Shown here in pieces: positions 36,385 through 49,326 of a stretch of DNA of 64,000 nt (position 1 is the stretch's first letter; every line of letters begins with the position of its first letter). The notes beneath the pieces are model-generated. The model ran no database searches, was not told where the DNA came from, and saw only the letters and a list, made by a program, of their open reading frames with translations. A program made the position numbers and the translations under genes. The stretch covers positions 180,544,001 through 180,608,000 of the forward strand of contig OZ024740.1 in the NCBI GenBank assembly GCA_964016885.1, written 5' to 3'. Source of the DNA: Eledone cirrhosa. Lineage: Eukaryota.

Positions 36385-39300
36385 TTACAGATATATACTC
36401 AGAGTAGGCCCATTCACTCGGGCCATTCTTGCTTCTCTCACCCATCTTTCAACAAAATGCTGGGAAGAGAGCACTTCCCTCTCTACTTTGATTTTCCTTT
36501 TCAAATGAAATTTGAAAAAGTCAATCAGAGCATCACCGAAGAGGTAAGTGCTCGTCTTCAGCCCTTTCAAACGTGTCCACCATACTATCTCTTTCGCCAT
36601 GGCCACCAGACAGATAAAAACTGCCTGCCCTTCCCGGCTAAAGGAGGAGGGCGGGGCAATCCTCACGATGGACTCAGATGATAGCCGGATCCCTCCTAAA
36701 CGCGACAGCAGGTGTTCGACATAAACCCACATGTCAGCAATTTTCGGACACTGGACGAGTGCGTGCAGGACGGTTTCGTCGCCCTGCGCGCATCTCGGAC
36801 ATGCCCGGCTGACGGCACCTCCATTCCTGTAGAGTTTATCCCGAACTGGCAAGGCTCCTCGGTAGCACTGCCAGGCCAGAGATTTCTGGAAGTTGTCCAT
36901 AGGCCCTGGCCCGAAAGTTCTTCCGAAGAGATTGGCTAGTTGATTTTCGTCGACGCCTAGAGTTTCCCCAAGTACGTCGTCGCTCTTCCCCTCCACTAAT
37001 CCTCTATAGAACGCCGAGGTGGAGTTTCCACCGATCACATTGCCCGATTGGTCGAGGGCTGTGAGCGCCTGAAGACATTCCAGTCTCCAGGCGCTCCCTC
37101 TCGGTCTTCGCTTGACCCAGGACTGCAGCTCCGTCAAGGAAACGAGCTGGGGAAATACGTGTCTAGCAAACGGCGACAACACCTGATCACCGTCGAGGAA
37201 GAGGTGGAGATGTCGTAGCCTGAGCGCGTGCCTGCGCATCATCAGCCATGGCATGCCCAGCCCTCCACGTAGCGGGTGTTGACAACAGATGGACCGCCTG
37301 ACCATCGGATCACGTCCCTTCCACAAAAAGCGAAAGAGCAAACTCTCCAGCGCAGTCAGGCGGTACGACGGTCAGGCGGTAGCAGATGACAGACGCGATG
37401 TACGCGTTAGCCACCTCCGCTCGACCTTTCAGGGATAGCTTCCTCTCCGCCCATTTCTGGGTGAGAGAAGCCACCCTGCTCGTCACCTCGTCCCAGTTTT
37501 TGTCCGTCTGGAGGTCCGGACCGAACCAGACACCTAGCAATTTAACCGGTCCGTCCGTCCAGCGTCCGACGATGCTGTTGGACGGCATGGACCTGCCTCT
37601 CCAGGTGCCGAGCTGCAGGCCCACTGACTTTTCCTGGTTGATCATTACTCCTGTCACCGCTTCGTATTCTCTTAGTGTAGTGCCGATCGCTTCGATGTGT
37701 TTGGCGTTCGACATCACTACGGTGACATCGTCCGCATATGCTGACACGGATCTTCCGCATCCTAGTTCGCGCGCGACTCCCCTCAACGTCTCCAGTTTGT
37801 GCCGTAATGGCTCGAGAGTCAATACGTACAAGAGGGACGAGAGGGGACATCCTTGGGGGACCGAGCGCATGATGTTGAACGGTTCCGACAGGTGACCGTT
37901 CACTCTCACCATAGAGCAGATGTCGCTGTGCATGGCAGCGATCTAGCCTCTGAAGACGGGCCCAAAGCCAGCCGCCCTCAGGACTGCCGCTAGGTAACGA
38001 TGGTCGACCCAATCGAAGGCTTTCGACTGAACTAAATTGATCAAGGACCCACCCGTGCCAGGTTCCTTAGCTACCCTCTCTATGATGTATCGCATGAGGT
38101 GGAGGTTGTCGTGGATGGATCTGTCGGGAATGGCGCATGTCTGTGCCTCTCCCACCAGACCACCAACGACAAGCGCCAACCTCTTTGCTAGCACCTTGGC
38201 CAAAATCTTGAACTCTGTGTTTAGCAGAGTTATGGGCCGGAAATTATCTATGTTATCCCCTTGTTCGGATCCTTTCTCAGCAGTGCCACCGCTCCTCGGC
38301 TCACAGAACTGGGAATTCTCCCGTTCTGTTGCCAGTTGCAGTAGACGTCCGCCAAGAGGCCTCCGAACAAGTCTCGCATCTGTACGTAAAGTTCATAGGG
38401 CAGACCATCCAAACCAGGCGATTTACTCCGTTGTGCAGCCAGTCATTGCCTCCCTTACTTCAGCGGCTGATATCGGCTTTCGCAACACTTCGCCTCAGTG
38501 GCCGAGAGCCGCGGCAGTCCGTCGAGGTAGACACTAAAGTCCATCCCTCTACCCGGCCCACCGCTGCCCCCGAACAACTGAGCGAAGTGTCGCTGAAAAG
38601 CTTCACACATTTGTTCGGGATCGAGTAGCATGCGCCCGTCGTGGTCCACCAAAGACCGAATCGTGGCTTTGTTGCCACGACGCGCCTCCGCCACTCGGGC
38701 CCATTGAACGGCTTTCGTCCCCTCGTGTCTGAGAGCACGCACCCTTGCTCTGACAACGCAGCCTTCGTACTTTGCATTGAAGAATTGGTCAAGGGCCAAT
38801 TTCGCTGCAAGCACGTCGGTCGCAATGCCTTTGCTAAGCGCCTCGTCTAATTTTCTAACTAGTTCTCCCCCTGCTCTATTTTTCTCTATTGCTAAAGCCT
38901 TACTAAACCTAATGAATTCTATTCTAATCGCTCTTTTCAGAGCAAACCACCACTTGTTGTTGACGATGGCCCCCGTCAACGCCCGCTTAACTAGTTCGCT
39001 AATCCGGTCTCTGTAGGCCTTGCGCGCTGGTAAGGACGCGTTTAGCTTCCAGTAGCCGGGTCCTCGTCTATGAAGCCTATCTAAGTCAAGCGCACAGATC
39101 ACGAATTTGTGGTCCGTGTAGCTGACTATCTTGAATTGTGGACAGCCTATGCTAGACCTATCTATTTCCCTACAAAATACTCTATCTAGATATGATCTGG
39201 ATGACCCTATGCGGTTTGTCCAAGTCCACATTGGCACATTCGGGAAATCCAATCGGTATCTGTCAGACAGTTCAAAACGCCTGAGCAGGTTGGTGAGGCT

Positions 39301-39789
39301 CTTGCACCCTCCACCCCTATCCGCTAATCCCACACAGTCCCAGCGTGCATCTAAGATCCCGTTCCAGTCGCCCACTAACACTAAAGAGCGGGACGTTCCA
39401 AGAAAGGTCTCCAGACGCCGGAAGAAGTCAGGCCGCCCTGCTCCTGTCGGGGCATAGACGGCCACTAGCCCGAAAGCTTGCCCGTCTCCGCTGGTCACGT
39501 CCAGCACCACCAGCTTACCCTCTGGGTCCAGGAAGATGGCCCGTATGGCGAGATCCAAACCTCTCCGAAAAAGCACAGCAACTCCTCCACCCGATCCAGG
39601 ACAGCTGGGAGATGCGTACACATCGTAGCCGCCGGAGATCGGTGCGATGGCCCGTGCTTCGGAGATTCTGGTCTCGCTGTTGGCCACTACATCTATGTTT
39701 AGTGACCTGAGGTCGTTGAGCAGGTGACCCTGCTTCCATGACGACCCCAAGCCACGCGCATTTATGCTGCCTATTCTGAGTGAGGTCAT
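36385..39789 (-). pseudogene. Tx1 ORF2 of T2, with frameshifts and a stop
   Basis: APE/RT/ZnF pieces 38455-39789, 37943-38203, 37310-37933, 36385-37341. Confidence 0.9.
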
Positions 39790-39824
39790 GTTTAACATAG
39801 AGTGGAAAAGATGGGAAAGACCAC

Positions 39825-41927
39825 TTACCGTACTTTTGGTAGAGGAAGGATGGTTTTTACATCCCTTTTAACTTGATCGTCTGGTGAATCGTCCCTTCGG
39901 CTGGTCGTCGGCTCTTCTAAGAGAATGTCTGAATATACTCTTCGATTGATGGTTCCTCCTAGGTCCCTGAAATCACCAACTGCGTTGGGGAATTTCGTTT
40001 TAATGTTTGTGTATTGTTTCTGTGCTATTTTTAGCAGTCTTATGTTAGTTGGCGTTTTGATTGGTGCTGGTATTATGTAGTCCTGTTGTGAAATGTCTGT
40101 GTGTTCAATTATGTAAGTCATTAGTTTCTTGTTGTGTGTATTTATTGCCGTGCATTTGTTTTTCTGGGGGTGGGGTGTGGTTCTGCTATTTTCTAGACGT
40201 TGTTGCTGGGTGTGTGTGTTTTGTTGTTGTGTTTGCGATGTTGGTGCTTGTGGTGGTGGTGTTGAAGGTGTTGTTGGCGGTGGGGTTGTCGCCGGTGGTG
40301 ATGGTGGTGCTAGTGTGGGTGGTGATGGTGTTGGTGGTGTTGCTGCTGTGGGTCTCTTTGCAGTAGACTTTACCCTTTTCTCATTTCTTTCCTCCCTTTT
40401 CAAAGGCGACGATGCGCTGCTTCTGCGTTTGTGCCTTCTTACGACCTTTTGCCATCCCTCTCCCACCTCACACTCCATGTCTGATTCTGTGAGGTCGGGG
40501 AGGGGTACCAGCTCCACTCTTTCACTTGTTGTTGTTGGTGATGTTTGCACTGGAGTCTCTGTTGCAGCTGCATTTGGTATTGCTGTTGTTGTTGTTAATA
40601 TTTCCACTGCTGCTGCTGTTTTTGATTTCCGTGGCGTGGGTATGGGTGCCACGGACCTATCGTTCCTGGTTGCCGCTTGTCCTGTTGCTGGTAGCCGTGG
40701 AGCCGGTTTCGGAAGGAGGGGGGTTTTCTCCTTTCTCAGGGTCTTCTCGTTGCAGAAGGCCCTGAGGTGAGTCTTCGATCCACAGCGAAAGCATTTCGGG
40801 CGTTTGCCCTCAACACTTATGGGCAGGTGAGTGCCCTTATCGAAGTCTATCACATCCGGGATAGCGTCGATGCATTCCTGGTTGGTTTGGATTAGCATCT
40901 CAATGGAGGTGCCGACCCAATCTTCTCTTACTTTTTTCTGTACTTGCAATACAGTTGTTTTGTCCTCGATTCCTACGAGGACAGACGCGGCTAGCCAAGA
41001 AGGGGCCATTCCGGGAGGGACGTGGGTCAGTTTGACCCTCACAATTTTTTGCCCGCAGTAGGAGGGCACCAACACCATTTCCTCGCTCCTTAGGGTCACT
41101 ACGGATTGGGCCTTTGCCTCCTGGGGTGTGGCAAAAAGTACGTCTACGGTGGCATATTTTTTGCTTCGGGTGATGTGCGTTTTCCGCTGCCACACAGACC
41201 CCAAGGCTTTTTGTATTTGGGCCTCTGTGGCTCTTTCCACCCTACGGGATTTTGTACTTGCTGTACGGTACGTGACCGTACAGTGCTCTTGGGTTTCGAA
41301 AAATTTTTCCGCTGCCTTGCAGATTGCTCGGTGTCCATTCTTTGTCACCATCTTCTTCGCTTCCTCTAATTCCTCATTTATTATGAGGATTGTTTCCAAG
41401 TTTTTCGCAATACCTGCAAATGAGATTGGTTTTTCTTTGCTGCTGTTGTTGTCGACAGAGCTTTTGTTGTTGCTGCAGGTACTACGACTACTGCCTTCGC
41501 CGCTGTTGCTGTGGTTGTTGTTGGTGTTGCTGCTGCTAATGCTGTTGTTGTTTATGCTGCTGGTGATGCTGTTGCGGCTGCTACTGTTGTTTTCATTGTC
41601 ACTGTTGCTGTTGTTATTACGGCTGCTACTGCTATTATTCCTGACGTCAGACGAATGAACTGGGTTTTCGTATTTCCCGCACACCTGTTTCGTCGCTGTC
41701 GTCGTCGTCGTGGAGAAACCTTGCACGCTTTGCACGAGACTTTTCTTTTCTTTCGTCGCTTGCGAAAGAGAAGGGAGGGAGAGAGACACATTTAAAGAAG
41801 GGAGGGAGAGAGACACATTTAAAGAAGGGAGGGAGAGAGACAATCTTCTCTCTGCTGTAGTGATCATTGAGGAAGAAGAAGACGGAATGAGTGGGAGTGA
41901 CCTATGCAAATTCTTTTTCGTAGCCAT
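39825..41927 (-). CDS. Tx1 ORF1 (~700 aa gag-like; Ser/Asn-rich N-terminus, CCHC zinc knuckle)
   Basis: Uninterrupted ORF from MATKK; CFRCGSKTHLRAFC. Confidence 0.88.
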   Translation of the reverse strand: MATKKNLHRSLPLIPSSSSSMITTAERRLSLSLPSLNVSLSLPSLNVSLSLPSLSQATKEKKSLVQSVQGFSTTTTTATKQVCGKYENPVHSSDVRNNSSSSRNNNSNSDNENNSSSRNSITSSINNNSISSSNTNNNHSNSGEGSSRSTCSNNKSSVDNNSSKEKPISFAGIAKNLETILIINEELEEAKKMVTKNGHRAICKAAEKFFETQEHCTVTYRTASTKSRRVERATEAQIQKALGSVWQRKTHITRSKKYATVDVLFATPQEAKAQSVVTLRSEEMVLVPSYCGQKIVRVKLTHVPPGMAPSWLAASVLVGIEDKTTVLQVQKKVREDWVGTSIEMLIQTNQECIDAIPDVIDFDKGTHLPISVEGKRPKCFRCGSKTHLRAFCNEKTLRKEKTPLLPKPAPRLPATGQAATRNDRSVAPIPTPRKSKTAAAVEILTTTTAIPNAAATETPVQTSPTTTSERVELVPLPDLTESDMECEVGEGWQKVVRRHKRRSSASSPLKREERNEKRVKSTAKRPTAATPPTPSPPTLAPPSPPATTPPPTTPSTPPPQAPTSQTQQQNTHTQQQRLENSRTTPHPQKNKCTAINTHNKKLMTYIIEHTDISQQDYIIPAPIKTPTNIRLLKIAQKQYTNIKTKFPNAVGDFRDLGGTINRRVYSDILLEEPTTSRRDDSPDDQVKRDVKTILPLPKVR

Positions 41928-42164
41928 GTTGACTTTTTTGTTTAAAATAAATATTGGGTACAAAACCCCAATAAGCAGTTATTTAACCCCGAAGGGCCAA
42001 ATAATGGGCAGAAAGACCCCTCTCACGAGGAGGAGGGTGTTTTTGTCTACAAGTTGGTCTAAGTTTTAAACAATTTACAATTGTTAAAGCGTTCAAAATT
42101 TACAGTACCTTACAGAGCCGAGCCTCCGTCAACCATAGCATTCAATAATAATAATAATAATAAT

Positions 42165-43343
42165 TTTGAAAACCATTAATCACTTGTTATACATGGATGA
42201 CCTGAACTATTAGTAAAACATGATCGTTGTCAAGAGGTTCTTGTCATTCAGTATGAAGACATGGAAAACGACAATCCTTTTGAATAGTGAAAATGAATCA
42301 CTGGAAGCTGGACAAGTTTATATTAATTGTGGAATTTTTCAGGGTGACTCTTTATCACCGGTTTTATTCTGCATCGCACTTATACCATTAAGTAAAATCC
42401 TCAATGAAACAAAATATGGATATAAAGACTATGACAAAACCATTCATCACTTGTTCTACATGGATGACCTAAAACTATTTATAAAAAATGATGAACAATT
42501 GCAAGGGCTATTATCCACTGTGGAGCAGTTCAGTGATGATATTAAAATGAAGTTTGGACTAGATAAATGCGCCAAAGCAACGTTCACCAGAGGAAAGCTG
42601 CTGAAAAGTTCAGAGGAAACTTACAAATATCTAGGTGTTTGTGAAGGAGACGGAATCAAGCACTCGACAATGAAGGAAATGATAAGGAATAAATGTTACC
42701 GCAGAGTAAGTACAATCTTAAGAACGGAATTGGATGCAAGGAATAGCATCGATACCATAAACACGCTTGCCATACCAGTAGTAACCTACAGTTACGATGT
42801 CATCAAATGGTCAAGCACAGAGATCCGTAGGCTCGATACAAAAATTATAAAATTCTTAACCATGCACAGAATGCACCACCCTAAGGCAGATACATATAGA
42901 ATATATCTCCCTAGGAAAGAAGGAGGACGTGGATTTATCCAGTTAGATATCGCGTTGAAAACTGCAGCAATTGGATTATCTACATATCTAAGGGAATCAC
43001 ATGATTGAATGATCAAACTCGTTTTGAAACACGAAAGCATCAAAAGATCATACTCCATTACAAATGATGCACAAAGATACAGTAATGGACTACACATTTC
43101 AGAAGTCCCATTTACTGCTCAAATGGAAAACACAGAAGAAGCAAAGCAGGTAAAAGTAACTGCAAAGAAAGAACTGCTACAAAAACTGGCTAAGAAATGG
43201 CAAAAAAAGCCTCTGTATGGAAAATACCCAGAAAGAGCTAACAATCCTGATGTTGAGAAAACTTTAATCCATCCGTGGTTGGCATCCACTCATTTTAACA
43301 AACTTTCCAATTAAGTAACATCAATGACTGAGACTCCAAGAAC
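42165..43343 (+). mobile_element. R4/Dong family 2 internal fragment joined to a family 1 3'UTR
   Basis: GIFQGDSLSP, FYMDD, GGRG up to ~43287, then CAAACTTTCCAATTAAGTAACATCAATGACTGAGACTCCAAGAAC-(AAT)n. Confidence 0.85.
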
Positions 43344-43393
<50 letters not shown>

Positions 43394-43641
43394 TTTATTT
43401 ATTAACCACAAGGGTTTACATAAAGTAGACATTAAGGACAGTGCAGGACAATGCAGGACGGTACAAATGGGCATTTCTGCGTGTAAAAAACAAAAACAGA
43501 GGATGTAACAAAAAATAACAATGAAAAATTCCCCAATAGGGGGGAGACTTCGGAGGGACATTTGTGGAGAAAGCCCAGTAAAAAGCCACAATGACCCTGA
43601 CCACCAAGGCAAGTGCCCTCTCCCAGTTTTCCACCTTTAAT

Positions 43642-46600
43642 TTACAGATATATACTCAGAGTAGGCCCATTCACTCGGGCCATTCTTGCTTCTCTCACCC
43701 ATCTTTCAACAAAATGCTGGGAAGAGAGCACTTCCCTCTCTACTCTGATTTTCCTTTTCAAATGAAATTTGAAAAAGTCAATCAGAGCATCACCGAAGAG
43801 GTAAGTGCTCGTCTTCAGCCCTTTCAAACGTGTCCACCATACTATCTCTTTCGCCATGGCCACCAGAGAGATAAAAACTGCCTGCCCTTCCCGGCTAAAG
43901 GAAGAGGGCGGGGCAATCCTGACGATGGACTCAGCTGATAGCTGGATCCGTCCTACACGTGACAGCAGGTGTTCGACATAAACCCACAAGTCAGCAATGC
44001 TCGGACACTGGACAAGTGCGTGCAGGACGGTTTCGTCGCCCTGTGCGCATCTCGGACATGCCCGGCTGACGGCACCTCCATGCCTGTAAAGTTTATCCCG
44101 AACTGGAAAAGCACCCCGGTAGCACTGCCAGGCCAGGGATTTCTGGAAGTTATCCATAGGTCCCGGCCCGAAAGTCTTTCCGAAGAGATTGACTAGTTGA
44201 TTTTCGTCGACGCCTAGAGTTTCCCCAAGTACGTCGTCGCTCTTCCCCTCCACTAATCCTCTATAGAACGCCGAGGTGGAGTTTCCACCGATCACATTGC
44301 CCGATTGGTCGAGGGCTGTGAGCGCCTGAAGACATTCCAGTCTCCAAGCGCTCCCTCTCGGTCTTCGCTTGACCCAGAACTGCAGCTCCGTCGAGGAGAC
44401 GAGCTGGGGAAAAACGTGTCTAGCAAACGGCGACCACACCTGATCACCGTCGGGGAAGAGGTGGAGATGTCGTAGACTGAGCGCGTGTCTGCGCATCATC
44501 AGCCACGGCATACCCAGCCCTCCACGTAGCGGGTGTTGACAGCAGATGGAACGCCTGACCATCGGAGCGCGTCCCTTCCACAAGAAGCGAAGGAGCAAAC
44601 GCTCCAGCGCAGTCAGGCGGGGCTTAGGACAAGGTACGATGGTCAGGCGGTAGTAGATGACGGACGCGATGTACGCGTTAGCCACCTCCGCTCGACCTTT
44701 CAGGGATAGCTTCCTCTCGGCCCATTTCTGGGTGAGAGAAGCCACCCTGCTCGTCAACTCGTCCCAGTTTTTGTCCGTCTGGAGGTCTGGACCGAACCAG
44801 ACCCCTAGCAATTTAACCGGTCCGTCCGTCCAGCGCCCGACGACGCTGTTGGACGGCATGGACCTGCCTCTCCAGGTGCCGAGCTGCAGGCCCACTGACT
44901 TTTCCTGGTTGATCATTGCTCCTGTCACCGCTTCGTATTCTCTTAGAGTAGTGCCGATCGCCTCGATGTGTTTGGCGTTCGACACCACTACGGTGACATC
45001 GTCGGCATATGTTGACACGGATCTTCCGCATCCTAGTTCGCGCGGGATCTCTCTCAACATCTCCAGTTTGTGCAGTAATGGCTCAAGAGTCAATACTTAC
45101 AATAGGGACGAGAGGGGACATCCTTGGCGGACCGAGCGCATGATGTTGAACGGTTCCGAAAGGTGACCGTTCACTCTCACTACAGAGCAGATGTTGCTGT
45201 GCATGGCAGAGATCTAGCCTCTGAAGACGGGCCCAAAGCCAGCCGCCCTCAGGACTGCCGCTAGGTAACGATGGTCGACCCCATCGAAGGCTTTCGACTG
45301 ATCTAAATTGATCAAAGACCCACCCGTGCCAGGTTCCCTAGCTACCCTCTCTATGATGTATCGCATGAGGTGGAGGTTATCGTGGATGGATCTGTCGGGA
45401 ATGGCGCATGTCTGTGCCTCTCCCACCAGACCACCAACGACAAGCGCCAACCTCTTTGCTAGCACCTTGGCCAAAATCTTGAACTCTGTGTTTAGCAGAG
45501 TTATGGGCCTAAAATTATCTATGTTATCCCCCTTGTTCGGATCCTTTCTCAGCAGCGCCACAGCTCCTCGGCTCACAGAGCTGGGAATTCTCCCGTTCTG
45601 TTGCCAGTTGCAGTAGACGTCCGCCAAGAGGCCTCCGAACAAGTTTGGCATTTGTACGTAAAGTTCATAGGGCAGACCATCCAAACCAGGCGATTTACCC
45701 CTTGTGCAACTGGTCATTGCATCCCGTACTTCAGCGGTTGTTATTGGCTTTTCGCAACACTCCGCCTCAGTGGCCGAAAGCCGCGGCAGTCCGTCGAGGT
45801 AGACACTAAAGTCCATCCCTCGATCCAGCCCGCCACTGCCCCCGAACAGTTGAGCGAAGTGAAAAGCTTCTCACATTTTCCCGGGATCGAGTAGCATGCG
45901 CCCGTCCTGGTCCACCAAAGACCGGATCGTGGCTTTGTTGCCACGACGCGCCTCCGCCACTCGGGACCATTGAACGGCTTTCGTCCCCTCGTGTCTGAGA
46001 GCACGCACCCTAGCTCTGACAACGCAGCCTTCGTGCTTTGCATTGAAGAATTGGACAAGGGCCAATTTCGCCGCAAGTACGTCGGTCGCGATGACTTTGC
46101 TAAGCGCCTCATCTAATTTTCTAACTAATTCTCCCTCTGCTCTATTTTTCTCTATTGCTAAAGTCTTACTAAACCTAATGGACTCTATTCTAATTGCTCT
46201 TTTCAGAGCAAACCACCACTTGTTGTTGACGATGGCCCCCGTCAACGCCCGCTTAACTAGTTCGCTAATCCGGTCTCTGTAGGCCTTCTGCGCTGGTAAG
46301 GACGCGTTTAGCTTCCAGTAGCCGGGTCCTCGTCTATGAAGGCTATCTAAGTCAAGCACACAGATCACGAATTTGTGGTCCGTGTAGCTGACTATCTTGA
46401 ATTGTAGACAGCCTATGCTAGACCTATCTATTTCCCTACAAAATACTCTATCTAGATATGATCTGGATGACCCTGTGCGATTTGTCCAAGTCCACATTGG
46501 TACATTCGGGAAATCCATTCGGTACCTGTCAGACAGTTCAAAACGTCTGAGCAGGTTGGTGAGACTCTTGCACCCTCCTTCCCTATCCACTAATCCCACA

Positions 46601-47055
46601 CAATCCCATCGTGCATCTAAGATCCCGTTCCAGTCGCCCACTAACACTAAAGAGCGGGACGTTCCAAGAAAGGTCTCCAGACGCCTGAAGAAATCAGGTC
46701 GCCCTGCTCCTGTCGGGGCATAGACGGCCACTAACCTGAAAGCTTGCCCGTCTCCGCTGGTCACGTCCAGCACCACCAACTTACCTTCTGGGTCCAGGAA
46801 TATGGCCCGTATGGCAAGATCCAAACCTCTCCGAAAAAGCACAGTAACTCCTCCCCCCGATCCCGGACGGCTGGGAGATGCGTACACTTCGTAGCCGCCG
46901 AAGATCGGTGCGAAAGCCTGTGCTTCGGAGATTCTGGTCTCGCTGATGGCCACTACATCTATGTTTGGTGACCTGAGGTCGTTGAGCAGGTGGCCCTGCT
47001 TCCATGACGACCCCAAGCCACGCGCATTTATGCTGCCTATTCTGAGTGAGGTCAT
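43642..47055 (-). pseudogene. Tx1 ORF2 of T3
   Basis: APE/RT/ZnF motifs; frameshift near 45860; TAG at 45214. Confidence 0.9.
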
Positions 47056-47089
47056 GTTGAAAAGGAGTGGGAAATATGGGAAATACCAC

Positions 47090-49093
47090 TTACCTTACTT
47101 CTCGTAAGGGAAGGACGGTTTTTCCATCCTTTTCACTGCTTGTGGCCTCCTCAGGAAGGATGTCCTTATAAATCCTCCTGGAGAGTGCTTGTCGGAAGTC
47201 TCCGATGTCTTTGGGGAATTTTTGTTTTAGTGCCATGTACGTTTTCTGTGTGATGCGAGTGAATTGTATGTGTGGAGGTTGTGTGAATTTTGGGGTTGTT
47301 GTGTAGTCTTTTTCTGTGATTCTGGTGTTGTGTTGGATGTAGTGTAATAATTGCCTGTTGTTCAAATTTAATGCTGTGTAGTGTGTATCCTTTTGGTTGT
47401 TTTGTTTTGTTTGCGTTTGTTGTGGGTTTGTTTCTGTTTCGCATTTTAGTGACTTTTGTGGTGTAGGTGATGGTGGTGTTGGGGTTAATGATGGTGATGG
47501 TGTTGGTGTTTGGGTTGATGGGGTTGGTGATGCTGGTGTGGATGGTGGCATATCTGTCCTAACTTTTTTGTTTCTTAGTTTATTTGTTTCCCTCTGTATT
47601 TTGTTTTTGGAGGGGGAAGGAAGAGAATTTTTTCTTTTTTGGTTTCTTTTTTTTTTTCGGATATCGTTTTCCACTCATCGTCGTCACAATCTGTCTCCAG
47701 TTGTGATAGGCTGGGGAGTGGAAAATCCTCCACAGGCGTTAGTTTTGGTTGTGGCGTGGTGGATGGTGTAGGCGCTGGTGCTAGTTCTGAAGCGTTGGGT
47801 GGTGGTGGTGTTGGTTTTGCTGTTGGTGGTGGTGGTGTTGGTTTTGCTACTGTTGCTGGGGTTGTTGCTGTTATAGTTGCTTCTGTTATTGCTGCTACAG
47901 TTGTTGCTGCCATCTCTACTACTGGTGGTGTTGATGGTTGTGTCACTGGGGTGGGTAGGAGAGGTGGCCTCAACCTTTTAGCCTGAGGGCAGAAAGCCCT
48001 TAGGTGGGTTCCTTCACCACAAACGACACACCTAGGTCTTCTGCCCTCGACAATTACCGTGAGGTGGCTGACGTCAGTGAGGTCTATTACCTCTGGTATC
48101 TCCTCAATGCTTTTTTGGTCCGCTTGGATCGGGAGCTCCATCCCAGATCCGGACCAGTTCTCCTGCTTTTCTTTTGCTATTGCTATTATTTTTGTGTTGG
48201 CTTCGATGCCGGCGAGGACGGCCGCTATTAGCCAGGGAATTTCGATGGCCGGTGGAACGTGGGTCACCCTGATCTTTACGAGTCTCTGGCCACAATAGCT
48301 TGGGACGAGTGTGAAGTCGTCACTTCTTAATGGGGCCATGGAGCGTTCTCTAGCCTCCTCTGGTGTTTCAAAGAACACGTCCACGGTTCCATACTTTTGC
48401 CCACCTCTGATGTGGTTTTTTCTTGCCCACACATGCCCCAAAGCTTTTTTGGATTTGGGACTCGGATGCCCGTTCCACTCGGCGCGATTTTACATTTATT
48501 GTTCGATACGACATAGTGCATAGGCGCCGATGCTCCATTTTATTAGGTGGGGGTGGGGGGGTGAGGCTGACCCTGTACCCTTCTTTCTTTACCATTTGTT
48601 TGGCATTTTCTAAATCCTCCTGAGTTACCGTAAATGCTTCGAATTGTTTTGCTACTCTGGCGAAACTGAGGGGGGGGGTTATAATGTCATTGTTGTTGTT
48701 GTTGCTATCGTTATTTGTGTTAATATTAATTCTAGTTTCAGTTGTGGTGGTGGTGACGTCAGTCGTCTTTGGTGGGGAAGAATCCATTTTGCTTGATTTC
48801 ATTTCGACATCACGAGTTAATTTATTTTTTTCTTCTTTTGTTTCTGTTGTCGCGGTGGTGGTGGCGGTGGTGGTTGGCGCGGTGGTGGTGGTGGTGGTGG
48901 AGGCTTTAACACCTGCAGTCATTGGTAATGGCGGGAAATGAATGTCTGCCTGAGACAAATTTAAAATATTGCTACTGCTTATACTTTTTTTAGTGTTGGC
49001 AAACGTAGTAACATTTACAATGGTGGTGTCGGTGTGAGGTGTTAATTTGTGAGTAAGGCTTTCAGCTGCTTGGTGCAGAGGTGAATTAGCCAT
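47090..49093 (-). pseudogene. Tx1 ORF1 variant 2 (two frameshifts)
   Basis: Pieces 48368-49093, 47575-48441, 47090-47674; CVVCGEGTHLRAFC knuckle; LVPSYCGQ shared with T2. Confidence 0.85.
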
Positions 49094-49326
49094 TTTTTTT
49101 CAAAGAAATTTTTTGATAATAATAAAAGTTTAAATTTTGGGCAGAAGGCCCCAATCTTTTTGGGTGTCCTTTTCGGAAAACAATGTATGTGCGCTTATAT
49201 ATGGTTAACAATAAAAAATGTCCATAAATGGCAATTTTTAACAAACGAAAATAACAAACCTTTGCGGAGCTCACGATGATACGATTTACTACGTAGGTCG
49301 CCAATAATAATAATAATAATAATAAT

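Larger units (their letters stand above)
36135..42143 (-). mobile_element. Tx1 copy T2, full length (~6.0 kb)
   Basis: 5'UTR, ORF1, degenerate ORF2 and 3'UTR; (ATT)n on both sides in element orientation. Confidence 0.95.
43392..49302 (-). mobile_element. Tx1 copy T3, full length, with a different ORF1 and 5'UTR
   Basis: ORF2 pieces 43642-47055 highly similar to T1/T2; ORF1 47090-49093 divergent. Confidence 0.93.
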
